Source of the DNA: a virus
DNA: 64,000 nt
Strand: one strand, 5' to 3'
Virus record (IMG/VR): IMGVR_UViG_3300045988_105524
Below the pieces are notes generated by a model. The model was not told the DNA's origin. It did not search any database and saw only the letters and a list, made by a program, of their open reading frames with translations. Below are positions 48,633 to 56,254 of this stretch, piece by piece. Position numbers and translations under genes: made by a program. Position 1 is the first letter of the stretch; every line of letters starts with the position of its first letter.

Positions 48633-48717
48633 TGGTGCGCCCGACAGGACTTGAACCTGCACGAATTGCTTCAGCGGATTTTAAGTCCGCTACGTCTGCC
48701 GCTTCCGTCACGAGCAC
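48633..48717 (-). tRNA. tRNA-Leu (TAA), type II
   Basis: AC stem GCGGA/TCCGC loop CTTAAAA; D-loop GAAGCGGCAGA; variable arm stem-loop. Confidence 0.6.
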
Positions 48718-48857
48718 TTATTCATACTGCCAATGATTATTAATACTATAGCTAGTACTACTAATAATTTTATTATAAATGTTAAGGATAAAACTACACT
48801 AACTGTAATTAGTAGCATTAGCATAAATGCAAGAAATGCTTTTAAATATTCTGTCAT
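48712..48857 (-). CDS. small hydrophobic peptide (48 aa) embedded between tRNA-Ser and tRNA-Leu
   Basis: AAGAGG RBS 7 nt before ATG; MTEYLKAFLAFMLMLLITVSVVLSLTFIIKLLVVLAIVLIIIGSMNKCS; stop overlaps tRNA-Leu 5' end. Confidence 0.3.
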
Positions 48858-48875
48858 TTAAAACCTCTTTAGATA

Positions 48876-48965
48876 TGGAGGAGAGTGTGAGATTCGAACT
48901 CACGGAGCTTTTACACTCAATTGCTTTCAAGGCAATCATAATAAACCGGACTCTATCAACTCTCC
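48876..48965 (-). tRNA. tRNA-Ser (TGA), type II
   Basis: Perfect acceptor GGAGAGT/ACTCTCC; AC stem ATTGC/GCAAT loop CTTGAAA; 90 nt. Confidence 0.7.
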
Positions 48966-48972
48966 ATAAATG

Positions 48973-49045
48973 TGTCCCGAATAGGACTCGAACCTATCAC
49001 CTCTGGTACTTCACACCAGCACTCTACCAAATGAGTTATCGAGAC
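48973..49045 (-). tRNA. tRNA-Phe (GAA), CCA not encoded
   Basis: AC stem CTGGT/ACCAG loop GTGAAGT. Confidence 0.6.
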
Positions 49046-49291
49046 ATAAAATTTTAGAATAGCAAGGGAGCGTGCTATATTTGTCGTCAACGCTTCTACT
49101 TTAAACTACTTATAGTTCAAACCTGACTACAAGAGAGATTTCCACTCTATCTTAATACTTTCAGTACTTAGTGCCTACAGTATCATATTCTATGCTTGCT
49201 ATTCTAAGGTCTTAGACAAAATCGACCTTTAAAAACCAGTCAACTGAGTAAGTCGTCTGGTGGGCGCTAGCTACACGGTGGTAGTAGCGTT

Positions 49292-49366
49292 TGGTACTCG
49301 CTGTAGGACTTGAACCTACGACCTCTTCCTTGTAAGGGAATTGTTCTCCCAGCTGAACTAAGCGAG
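49292..49366 (-). tRNA. tRNA-Val (TAC)
   Basis: AC loop CTTACAA identical to E. coli tRNA-Val(UAC) loop; CCA encoded. Confidence 0.6.
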
Positions 49367-49372
49367 CGTATT

Positions 49373-49448
49373 TGGGGTGAGTAATGAGAATTGAACTCAA
49401 TTCCTACAGAGTCACAATCTGTCGTGCTGCCATTACACTATACTCACC
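49373..49448 (-). tRNA. tRNA-His (GTG) with encoded G-1
   Basis: AC stem ACAGA/TCTGT loop TTGTGAC; extra 5' G pairs with C73; CCA encoded. Confidence 0.65.
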
Positions 49449-49469
49449 ATAGCAATAAACTATATTGCC

Positions 49470-49500
49470 ATTATATCATAATCTAGACAAAATGTAAACA
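49470..49500 (-). promoter_or_regulatory. sigma70-like promoter TTTACA-N17-TATAAT driving tRNA cluster D
   Basis: Perfect consensus. Confidence 0.6.
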
Positions 49501-49501
49501 T

Positions 49502-50611
49502 CTAACCGGTTATTAGTTTTCTATCTTTTTCTTCTAGCACAAGAGTTTTATGTAATTCTTTTTCTAGCTCTGCAAGTTGCTCTTTGTCTCTTTCTCTTTC
49601 ACGTCTACATTCGTCCTGTATTGCAAGCGCTTCTTTTAATGCCTCTACTGTATCAAGATGCACTGTCTTGATTCTTGAAATATCAATAATGCCTTTCTCG
49701 TTCTCTCTTACTGCTTTTATAATATTACCCTTGAATAGTTTTGCATTATCTTCGAGAGCTTTATTTACAGCATTGTTGATGTCGTTTACCTGCTCTAGTA
49801 GCTTTTCTTGTCTTAAGAGAACAAGCTGATTCGTGATTAAATCAGTCCATACAGGAATAGCTAAATCAATAGCGTTTCTGATTCTATCTTTAAGCATATT
49901 ATTAGCTTCAGCAATTATTCTAATCTTAGGTAGCTGCTGAATAACTGTCATCTTAGACGCGTTCAAGTCAAATACTCTTTTGTCGAGTCTATTGTAAAAA
50001 TTATTTTCATCATTATACTCTTCAAGAAGCATATAATCGTCTAGATTACTATCAACCTTAGTCTGACGAGCATTAAGATTTTCTCTGCTATCAATAAGCT
50101 TTAGCTCACCAGCTTTGATAAAATTATCTACTTCAAGAATATAATTCATTGAGTTTGTATACTGCTCTTCTAGGAGCTTATTATCTGCATCGATGATTTT
50201 TATGCCGTCTTCAAGTCTATTCTTAATCATATTGACTTGTTTCTGCACGTTTTCGTGCTCTCTTATTCTTAGCTCTATGTTATTCTTAACTTTACCAAAC
50301 AGCTTCTTGAAGAAACCTTTGTTGTCAGAGAACATCTTTTCAGGGTTATTCTTATCAAGCACATTGATTAGCTCGATTAAATCTTCACCAATCTCACCGC
50401 TCTCATTATTCTTAACCGATTCTAGCAAGCTTGAACTAACGCTTCCTAGCTTATTCTGCACTGCTACTCCAAAATCACTTACTGTCTCTTTATTAAGACT
50501 ATTACTCATGTCTTGTATCTTAGCTAAATCGAGATTCTTATTCTCAATATCTTGCATTATACTCTCTTTAGTAACAAGCTCAGTTGAATGTTTGTCTAGA
50601 AAATTACTCAT
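49502..50611 (-). CDS. TelA-like toxic anion resistance family protein
   Basis: 369 aa mostly coiled-coil; size and composition match TelA/KlaA family; weak sequence-level call. Confidence 0.45.
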   Translation of the reverse strand: MSNFLDKHSTELVTKESIMQDIENKNLDLAKIQDMSNSLNKETVSDFGVAVQNKLGSVSSSLLESVKNNESGEIGEDLIELINVLDKNNPEKMFSDNKGFFKKLFGKVKNNIELRIREHENVQKQVNMIKNRLEDGIKIIDADNKLLEEQYTNSMNYILEVDNFIKAGELKLIDSRENLNARQTKVDSNLDDYMLLEEYNDENNFYNRLDKRVFDLNASKMTVIQQLPKIRIIAEANNMLKDRIRNAIDLAIPVWTDLITNQLVLLRQEKLLEQVNDINNAVNKALEDNAKLFKGNIIKAVRENEKGIIDISRIKTVHLDTVEALKEALAIQDECRRERERDKEQLAELEKELHKTLVLEEKDRKLITG

Positions 50612-50629
50612 TTTTCTTCTTCCTTTTCT

Positions 50630-51094
50630 TTATGTTAAATTTTTATAACTTTTTAACAATTCTTCATCGAATAATTCTTCTGCTTCTTTATTCTTGTAAT
50701 ACATATTAATTAGCTTTAATTCAAATTTATTGAACAACGCTTTTGTTTCACTGTTTCTAAAATCATTCGTTGCTTTTAGTGTTTTAAATGAATACGAAAA
50801 ATCTAAAGAATATTTAAGAGGTTCAACATATTCTTTGCATATGTACTCATAATCTGCTTGACTTAAACTTGGTAGATATATGTCACTAATAGCGTATAAA
50901 CTGTCATATGAAAGCTTGATTTTGTCTTCATAAATGCAATCCCAGAGGTCACGCATTAAATCATCAGTTATTTTACTTTTACTTTCTTGCTCATCTACTA
51001 CAGCTTCTGCAATTGCAAGAGGAATTCTAATAATTCCAACTATAATCAATGCGACAATCGCGAATGATGTTGCTGCTCCCATTTCTGCTGGCAT
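50630..51094 (-). CDS. single-pass membrane protein, paralog of 51110..51610
   Basis: N-terminal TM helix; shared ..YVEP...S.DFS.SF.T..AT.DF...ETK.LFN.FE..LI.MY.. and C-terminal DEELLKS. Confidence 0.5.
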   Translation of the reverse strand: MPAEMGAATSFAIVALIIVGIIRIPLAIAEAVVDEQESKSKITDDLMRDLWDCIYEDKIKLSYDSLYAISDIYLPSLSQADYEYICKEYVEPLKYSLDFSYSFKTLKATNDFRNSETKALFNKFELKLINMYYKNKEAEELFDEELLKSYKNLT

Positions 51095-51109
51095 AAATTC
51101 TCTCCTATA

Positions 51110-51610
51110 TTAAACTCTTATACTTTTTAGTAATTCTTCATCGTATGCTTTATCGATTGCTTTTTTGTGAGCTTCTTCTGTTTTCTCTAATTCAATATTG
51201 CGATTGTACATTTCAATTAATTCAGTTTCGAATGCATTGAATAGTGGCTTCGTTTCATTAGTTAAAAAATCTATAGTTGCCTCTTTTGTTCTGAATGACT
51301 TTGAAAAATCTATAGAACGTTGTATCGGTTCGACATATTTTCCGTATAAATACTCTTGCTCTATTCGATATAACTCTGGTAAATATGTTTTACGGATAGT
51401 ATATAGACGATTTTTTAATATTATGATTTTGTATTTAACACTCAAATAATACTCTAAATCATCAAGTACTCTTCCTATCTTGCTGTAGGGCGTATATTGT
51501 GCACGCTTTTCCTTGCGCGTCTCATTTAACGCAATTGCTGAAGGAATTACTATTAAAAATATAAATGCAGCTATTAACAAAACTATCGCAAAAACATTCT
51601 TTGCATTCAT
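51110..51610 (-). CDS. single-pass membrane protein, paralog of 50630..51094
   Basis: See paralog. Confidence 0.5.
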   Translation of the reverse strand: MNAKNVFAIVLLIAAFIFLIVIPSAIALNETRKEKRAQYTPYSKIGRVLDDLEYYLSVKYKIIILKNRLYTIRKTYLPELYRIEQEYLYGKYVEPIQRSIDFSKSFRTKEATIDFLTNETKPLFNAFETELIEMYNRNIELEKTEEAHKKAIDKAYDEELLKSIRV

Positions 51611-51621
51611 TTAAATCTCCT

Positions 51622-52254
51622 TTACATACATTTCTTAAATGCATCAATTATATTTTCATCTTGTAGTTTAAGCTCGTTATATTTATCATTCATTACATTT
51701 ACAAATTCTTCGATTTTAACGTATACAACTTCTTCATAGAACTTCATCTTCTTTTCTTGTGTATTAAAGCTCCTCGCTGTAAGTATTAGTTTATTCAAAG
51801 GTTCAATAAATGTTTTAATAAGCATTAAACGCGTATTCTTATCATTGAATAGTGCTAAAACAACTTGACTATTAAACTTATCTGTATTTAATTTGATAAA
51901 TGAAAATACTCTACATATTTTATCAGTATAACTTTTACGCAGATTGAGGCAAGTATATAATATGGCGAATATGGCTGCGTATACTAGCATGAATTTACAC
52001 AACACAACAAGCGCAACGTATAAATGCATAGTCACGTTTATAATTGATAGTAAACTATTAATTATAGTTGTAATCAGCGCAGATGATATGATTGATTTTT
52101 CGTAACCCCAATAACTTATATACATGCCGCCGTGAGACACGGCATCATCGATGTTTTTAGGTATATTGCATTTAAGCACCAGTATGCATAGTGTCATTAA
52201 TATGGAAGTTGTAATATTTGATATTACGAGTATTATTTCAAAAAATGTAGTCAT
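51622..52254 (-). CDS. polytopic membrane protein (210 aa)
   Basis: Multiple hydrophobic helices. Confidence 0.45.
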   Translation of the reverse strand: MTTFFEIILVISNITTSILMTLCILVLKCNIPKNIDDAVSHGGMYISYWGYEKSIISSALITTIINSLLSIINVTMHLYVALVVLCKFMLVYAAIFAILYTCLNLRKSYTDKICRVFSFIKLNTDKFNSQVVLALFNDKNTRLMLIKTFIEPLNKLILTARSFNTQEKKMKFYEEVVYVKIEEFVNVMNDKYNELKLQDENIIDAFKKCM

Positions 52255-52257
52255 TTC

Positions 52258-53085
52258 TTATACTCCTTTGACCATCCTAGATTGACATAGAGCACAATAT
52301 TTCATTTCAATGCTGAGTATAAGCTTCTTAGCTTCTTCATATACAAAGTCGTTTGTAAGTTCTCTAACTATGTGTGAGTCAAATGTGCTGTTTATCCATA
52401 TTGCAAGCTCGCACATAGCGCGATAGTCGTCAACAGGTTCTATATTGAACTCTTTTAGATACGCAAGCTTATTGCATAGTGAAGTAAACATATCATTTGA
52501 AATTATGTGGTAATGAGCAAGACTCTGCAAAAGACTAACAATTTCAAAAGTGTAGTCTAAATTCTGCTCAATGACTGATACAAGCTCATCATACCCTGCT
52601 TCATTTCCTTTGCAATCAATGTATCTAACCTTATTAGCGTCTAGAAAATCTGTAATCTCTGCGCATAGCTCATCTGACTCTTCTTCAGACTGGAATCTGC
52701 CATTTGGATTGTATGGCTTATCTCTCTGTACGAATACGTTTAAGGCGCGCTGCTCTGAACTTACTTTCTTAACTAATGCCTTTAACTCTTCAGCATAGTT
52801 GAAATTATTCTTTTCTGCGTAGAATGCAGAGAGCATCAGAGGGCAGTCAGTAATAATCACATCTACATCACTAATTCTTGACATTCTGAAAAACTGTTTA
52901 CCGAAGATATAAGCCTGATTTTCAAATACTGCTTTTGAACCTTCGTACACCTTATCTTTAGCGAATTCTGTAACTAACTCTACGTTGTAACCCTTTAGCT
53001 TTAGTTTTGAAAATACATAAGCTGCGCCCGTAGACTTACCAGCACCAGGCGCACCGTAGAGATTTAATACTATAGGATGTTTCAT
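52258..53085 (-). CDS. P-loop NTPase / kinase (possible polynucleotide or nucleotide kinase)
   Basis: Walker A ..YGAPGAGKST.., ..VIITD.. Walker-B-like; N-terminal 170 aa kinase-like, C-terminal domain unknown. Confidence 0.45.
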   Translation of the reverse strand: MKHPIVLNLYGAPGAGKSTGAAYVFSKLKLKGYNVELVTEFAKDKVYEGSKAVFENQAYIFGKQFFRMSRISDVDVIITDCPLMLSAFYAEKNNFNYAEELKALVKKVSSEQRALNVFVQRDKPYNPNGRFQSEEESDELCAEITDFLDANKVRYIDCKGNEAGYDELVSVIEQNLDYTFEIVSLLQSLAHYHIISNDMFTSLCNKLAYLKEFNIEPVDDYRAMCELAIWINSTFDSHIVRELTNDFVYEEAKKLILSIEMKYCALCQSRMVKGV

Positions 53086-53114
53086 TATATCTCTCCTTTA
53101 TGTTTTTATTTAAT

Positions 53115-53150
53115 CTTAACATAAAATCAAAACAATGTAAACAAAAACAA
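53115..53150 (-). promoter_or_regulatory. sigma70-like promoter (TGTAAACA motif + A-run) for 52258..53085
   Basis: Same architecture as other promoters; -10 not verified base by base. Confidence 0.4.
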
Positions 53151-53187
53151 AAAAAAATAGATAGAAGATTAGTTCTATCTGTATTAG

Positions 53188-53263
53188 TGGTACGCCCAGC
53201 GGGACTTGAACCCGCAAAAAGTAGTTTCTAAGACTACCGTGTATGCCATTCCACCACAGGCGT
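53188..53263 (-). tRNA. type-I (76-nt, 5-nt variable loop) tRNA with anticodon TAG (reads CUA Leu codons)
   Basis: AC stem GTAGT/ACTAC loop CTTAGAA; T-arm GCGGG-TTCAAGT-CCCGC; A73. Confidence 0.55.
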
Positions 53264-53290
53264 ATATTATATTAAAATGTATATAAAAAT

Positions 53291-53315
53291 GTCTCAGAAG
53301 TTAAATCAGAATCTC
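53291..53315. repeat. C-repeat fragment (CTCAGAAGTTAAATCAGAATCTC)
   Basis: Matches core of C-repeat. Confidence 0.5.
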
Positions 53316-53566
53316 TGAAGAGCATTCAAGAGATAAAATTCTTCAAAATCAGTTAGAGACATATTATACTTGCCATCTGACATACAGATATATTCAACAT
53401 TGATTGAAGCATTAAGCTCAGGAAAAGTAAGATTAGTGTAAACTCTCTTAAAACGTCCTGACATATACTTAAATCTACCTAAGCCGTCACGTTCTATTTC
53501 TACAATAGCTCTATGACTGACGTTAGAATCAAGATATTCTGTTATCTGTTTTACTTCTACTAACAT
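53306..53566 (-). CDS. hypothetical protein (86 aa)
   Basis: ORF track. Confidence 0.4.
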   Translation of the reverse strand: MLVEVKQITEYLDSNVSHRAIVEIERDGLGRFKYMSGRFKRVYTNLTFPELNASINVEYICMSDGKYNMSLTDFEEFYLLNALQRF

Positions 53567-53587
53567 TTTAATATCTCCTTAAAATTT

Positions 53588-53671
53588 TGGTCGGAGGAGT
53601 AGGACTCGAACCTACAAGCCATAAAGCGCCGGATTTACAGTCCGGTGTCTTACCAGTTAGACTATCCCCCG
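53588..53671 (-). tRNA. tRNA-Tyr (GTA), type II
   Basis: AC stem CCGGA/TCCGG loop CTGTAAA; 13-nt variable arm. Confidence 0.7.
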
Positions 53672-53675
53672 TAAA

Positions 53676-53749
53676 TGGTGGACTGAGAGAGAATCGAACT
53701 CTCATTATACGGATGCAAGCCGTACGTTCTCCCGTTGAACTATCAGCCC
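53676..53749 (-). tRNA. tRNA-Ala (TGC)
   Basis: AC stem TACGG/CCGTA loop CTTGCAT; G3-T70 wobble in acceptor as expected for Ala. Confidence 0.7.
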
Positions 53750-53995
53750 ATAAAAATATAAGCGTAAGATATGGCATCGACTAAGTTATCTTCACAATTA
53801 CTAGTTTATGCAACTATCGCTTGATAAGAGCGATAATTCTAATTTTATTAAATCAGCCTCTTTCGAATCTTTTTAGACTTTGAGTTTTATTAGCAAAACC
53901 AAATAGACAAAGTCTGGTATCTATGTTGTTCTACATACAAGTTTATCACGTTCGTATGCAGCATAGGTATTTAATTCTCAACGCTTATATTTATT
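53750..53995. other. ~240-nt tRNA-free spacer inside tRNA cluster E with long inverted repeat (AGACTTTG...CAAAGTCT) and CGCTTGATAAGAGCG hairpin
   Basis: No tRNA fold, no credible ORF; strong secondary-structure potential. Confidence 0.3.
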
Positions 53996-54069
53996 TGGAG
54001 CCAGTGGAGAGAATCGAACTCCCAACCGATGATTACAAAACACCTGTTTTACCATTAAACTACACTGGC
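53996..54069 (-). tRNA. tRNA-Thr (TGT), second copy
   Basis: Perfect acceptor GCCAGTG/CACTGGC; AC loop TTTGTAA. Confidence 0.55.
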
Positions 54070-54076
54070 ATATTTT

Positions 54077-54152
54077 TGGAGCAGGCAAGGGGACTTGAAC
54101 CCCTAATGCTTGTTTGGAAGACAAGCGTGTTAACCAATTACACTATGCCTAC
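54077..54152 (-). tRNA. tRNA-Gly (TCC)
   Basis: AC stem CTTGT/ACAAG loop CTTCCAA. Confidence 0.7.
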
Positions 54153-54157
54153 ATATT

Positions 54158-54235
54158 TGGTGACCCATCGGAGATTCGAACTCACGGACAACCTCGATTA
54201 AAAGTCGAGTGCTCTACCAACTGAGCTAATGGGCC
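54158..54235 (-). tRNA. tRNA-Lys (TTT), T-stem with bulged T
   Basis: D-arm and AC loop CTTTTAA identical to E. coli tRNA-Lys; AC stem CTCGA/TCGAG. Confidence 0.6.
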
Positions 54236-54240
54236 ATATT

Positions 54241-54315
54241 TGGCAGTCCGTAAGGGAATCGAACCCTCAACATCCGGTCGACAGCCGGGTATTTTAACCA
54301 TTAAACTAACGGACT
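54241..54315 (-). tRNA. tRNA-Asp (GTC)
   Basis: Perfect acceptor AGTCCGT/ACGGACT; AC loop CTGTCGA; G73. Confidence 0.65.
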
Positions 54316-54318
54316 ATA

Positions 54319-54393
54319 TGGTGACGCCACTGGGACTCGAACCCAGACTTCAAGGATGAAAACCTTGTGTACTAACCTTTCTACAATGGCGCC
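54319..54393 (-). tRNA. tRNA-Glu (TTC)
   Basis: AC stem CAAGG/CCTTG loop TTTTCAT. Confidence 0.65.
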
Positions 54394-54397
54394 ATAT

Positions 54398-54474
54398 TGG
54401 CGGGTCAGGTAAGACTCGAACTTACGACCTTCCGATTAACAGTCGGATGCTCTAACCAACTGAGCTACTGACCC
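54398..54474 (-). tRNA. tRNA-Asn (GTT)
   Basis: Perfect acceptor GGGTCAG/CTGACCC; AC loop CTGTTAA; G73. Confidence 0.7.
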
Positions 54475-55202
54475 AAATCTTTGAAGCTTAATCGTTTACC
54501 ATCAAGCATTAATGAAAATTTATAACCCTCATTGATATACTCTTTTGCTTTGTCAATCATATTTTGTTTATCTAGTGTAAACTTACTTTTTATTTCTATT
54601 ATTTCATTAGAATCTGGAATATAGAAATCAGGTATCGCTATTCTAACCTTTTGTTTCTGTGTATCAAAATATTTTATTCTTAGATATTCTACTTCATAAT
54701 CTATTTTGTTATTATCAAGATATTCAGCAAAATCAAATTCGTATGAACTTCTTAAAAATACTTTCTTTTGATTCCAAGCTGTATGCCAACCTGATTTATA
54801 CTGTGTGTGCTTTTCTATCTGCTTATGTGAATGCAGTATGTGATTTGAACTAGCTTCACTGTACGTTCTTTTAGGTATATTTAAGTAGTTAAATATTTTC
54901 CCTGTTAAATTGTATGAGTTTGCATAATTAAACATCTTACTAATGTCGTTAGCTGATTTTCCTTTATTCCAATATAAATCATACAATGTATTCCGTACTC
55001 TGTCCCACTCTTCAAAAGCAAGTTCACTACCTAAACATTCTTTGTTAAATGTAAAATATTTAATCAAACTTTGCGATTGATAAAATTTAGACTTACAAGC
55101 TTTTGAACACCAACTTTTACTGTTATTCTCTACGATTTCTTTTCCACAAAATTTACAGGTAGATAATTTTTTATTACATCTCTTCGAAAGAGTGTTTTTC
55201 AA
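54465..55202 (-). CDS. putative homing endonuclease (Zn-ribbon + PD-(D/E)xK-like), expressed part from TTG start; conserved Zn-ribbon continues upstream behind in-frame TAA/TGA stops
   Basis: C-terminal ..IPDFYIPDSNEIIEIK..; upstream in-frame region encodes CICERCGKITVNRYSSGRFCSRSCANARQHSKETKAKIG homologous to 39161..40027 but is separated from any ATG by TAA (at ~55341) and TGA (at ~55432). Confidence 0.45.
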   Translation of the reverse strand: MKNTLSKRCNKKLSTCKFCGKEIVENNSKSWCSKACKSKFYQSQSLIKYFTFNKECLGSELAFEEWDRVRNTLYDLYWNKGKSANDISKMFNYANSYNLTGKIFNYLNIPKRTYSEASSNHILHSHKQIEKHTQYKSGWHTAWNQKKVFLRSSYEFDFAEYLDNNKIDYEVEYLRIKYFDTQKQKVRIAIPDFYIPDSNEIIEIKSKFTLDKQNMIDKAKEYINEGYKFSLMLDGKRLSFKDLGQ

Positions 55203-55767
55203 AGATTCACCTATTTTAGCTTTAGTCTCTTTAGAGTGTTGACGTGCATTAGCGCAACTACGTGAACAGAATCTACCAGAGCTATAGCGGTTAACTGTAA
55301 TTTTTCCGCATCTTTCGCAAATACAAATAATAATACTCCATAAACTATGAGTTAAGTATAAACTTTACCAATCATAGTAGTCATCATACGATAATTCTTC
55401 AAGCAATCTTTCGTCTTCTTCCATTTCGTCGTAGCAGCTTCTACATACTCAGCCTCGACCTTTATATTTGATGCTGTAAGTATAGCAAGAACTACCTTCA
55501 CGAATAGTTCTACTGCACATTGCGCATTTTCTATCAGCTTTTACTCTGACTTGTTTTAAAATGTCAAGCATTGTTTACACCTTTTTTTTTGATAAAAGCA
55601 TAGACGTAAATATAGTTTCAAGCAGAATGTATTTGATGAAGATACGTTCTGACTTGAGCGTATGTTATTCGAATAAGCGATGTTGTTCTACGTGCAAGTT
55701 CATCAAATTCACACGCAGTATCTTGATTCTCAGACGCCTATGCTTAATGTAATTACCATTATGACGT

Positions 55768-55890
55768 TGCGCTAAGCTCATTCCTGGGTAAGCTTAGGTC
55801 ACTCTCGTCAGTTTAAAAACTGACTACCCTCCAGAGCAAATTTACCAGGCAATTACACGGTCGTCAACCGCATTTTGTATATACCATTAT
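55768..55890 (-). ncRNA. solo copy of the IS605/TnpB right-end (omegaRNA-scaffold-like) ~115-nt repeat, directly downstream of a consensus promoter
   Basis: ~90% identical to 58846..58962 which overlaps the 3' end of tnpB; TTTACA-N17-TATAAT at 55886..55916 positions the TSS at the start of the repeat. Confidence 0.45.
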
Positions 55891-55916
55891 ATCACAATTT
55901 TTATTTACTGTAAACC
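55886..55916 (-). promoter_or_regulatory. sigma70-like promoter TTTACA-N17-TATAAT
   Basis: Perfect consensus read on minus strand. Confidence 0.6.
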
Positions 55917-55919
55917 TTA

Positions 55920-56234
55920 TTAAGCGCAAAAGTAAAAAATATTTTCGTCCCAGTCAACATCGATTAATTCAAAATCATTTATCTGTTTACCGTTATGCTC
56001 AAATACTACTTGCTCTACATCATCGAATAATTCAATATCTGAAAATACATACGGCTCTACTTCCTCTTCAGCGCCTGCATGTAGAATTAATGTGTCACCC
56101 TTGACTTCAACTGCGAAAACATTGGCTACTAAACCCTCTTGCCATATCTCTTCATCAGTAAGCGCCATAGTAGGCTCAATCTCTTTTTCTTTTATGTGAT
56201 TCAAGAAATTTTCGTCAAAATAACTGATATGCAT
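55920..56234 (-). CDS. hypothetical protein, paralog of 19310..19648
   Basis: Shared motif pattern; follows the SbcD-like gene. Confidence 0.5.
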   Translation of the reverse strand: MHISYFDENFLNHIKEKEIEPTMALTDEEIWQEGLVANVFAVEVKGDTLILHAGAEEEVEPYVFSDIELFDDVEQVVFEHNGKQINDFELIDVDWDENIFYFCA

Positions 56235-56254
56235 ATTTAGTCCTCCTTTCTTGA

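Noticed and set aside
49212-49400. Track ORF 49212..49400 (-)
   Set aside because: It overlaps tRNA-Val and tRNA-His and has no RBS.
45280-50648. Plus-strand track ORFs such as 45280..45690, 50193..50648 and 8253..8528 inside minus-strand genes
   Set aside because: They are antisense open frames typical of AT-rich DNA. They have no RBS or promoter, and every supported gene and signal in the window is minus-strand.
53568-53784. Track ORFs 53568..53777 (-) and 53587..53784 (+)
   Set aside because: They run straight through tRNA-Tyr and tRNA-Ala genes. They are GC-skew artefacts of the tRNA sequence.
54158-54235. Apparent ochre-suppressor tRNA (anticodon UUA), which would have tied in with the in-frame TAA codons in tnpB, the HEG N-terminus and the 60244 gene
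   Set aside because: Recounting the anticodon loop (C-T-T-T-T-A-A) gives anticodon TTT. The whole body matches tRNA-Lys. So there is no suppressor, and the TAA interruptions are more likely pseudogenisation.
55574-55590. TGTTTACA on the plus strand near 55580 as a plus-strand promoter
   Set aside because: It has the opposite orientation to every other promoter instance and no matching -10. It is part of the AAGGTG RBS region of the 55452..55571 small ORF on the minus strand.
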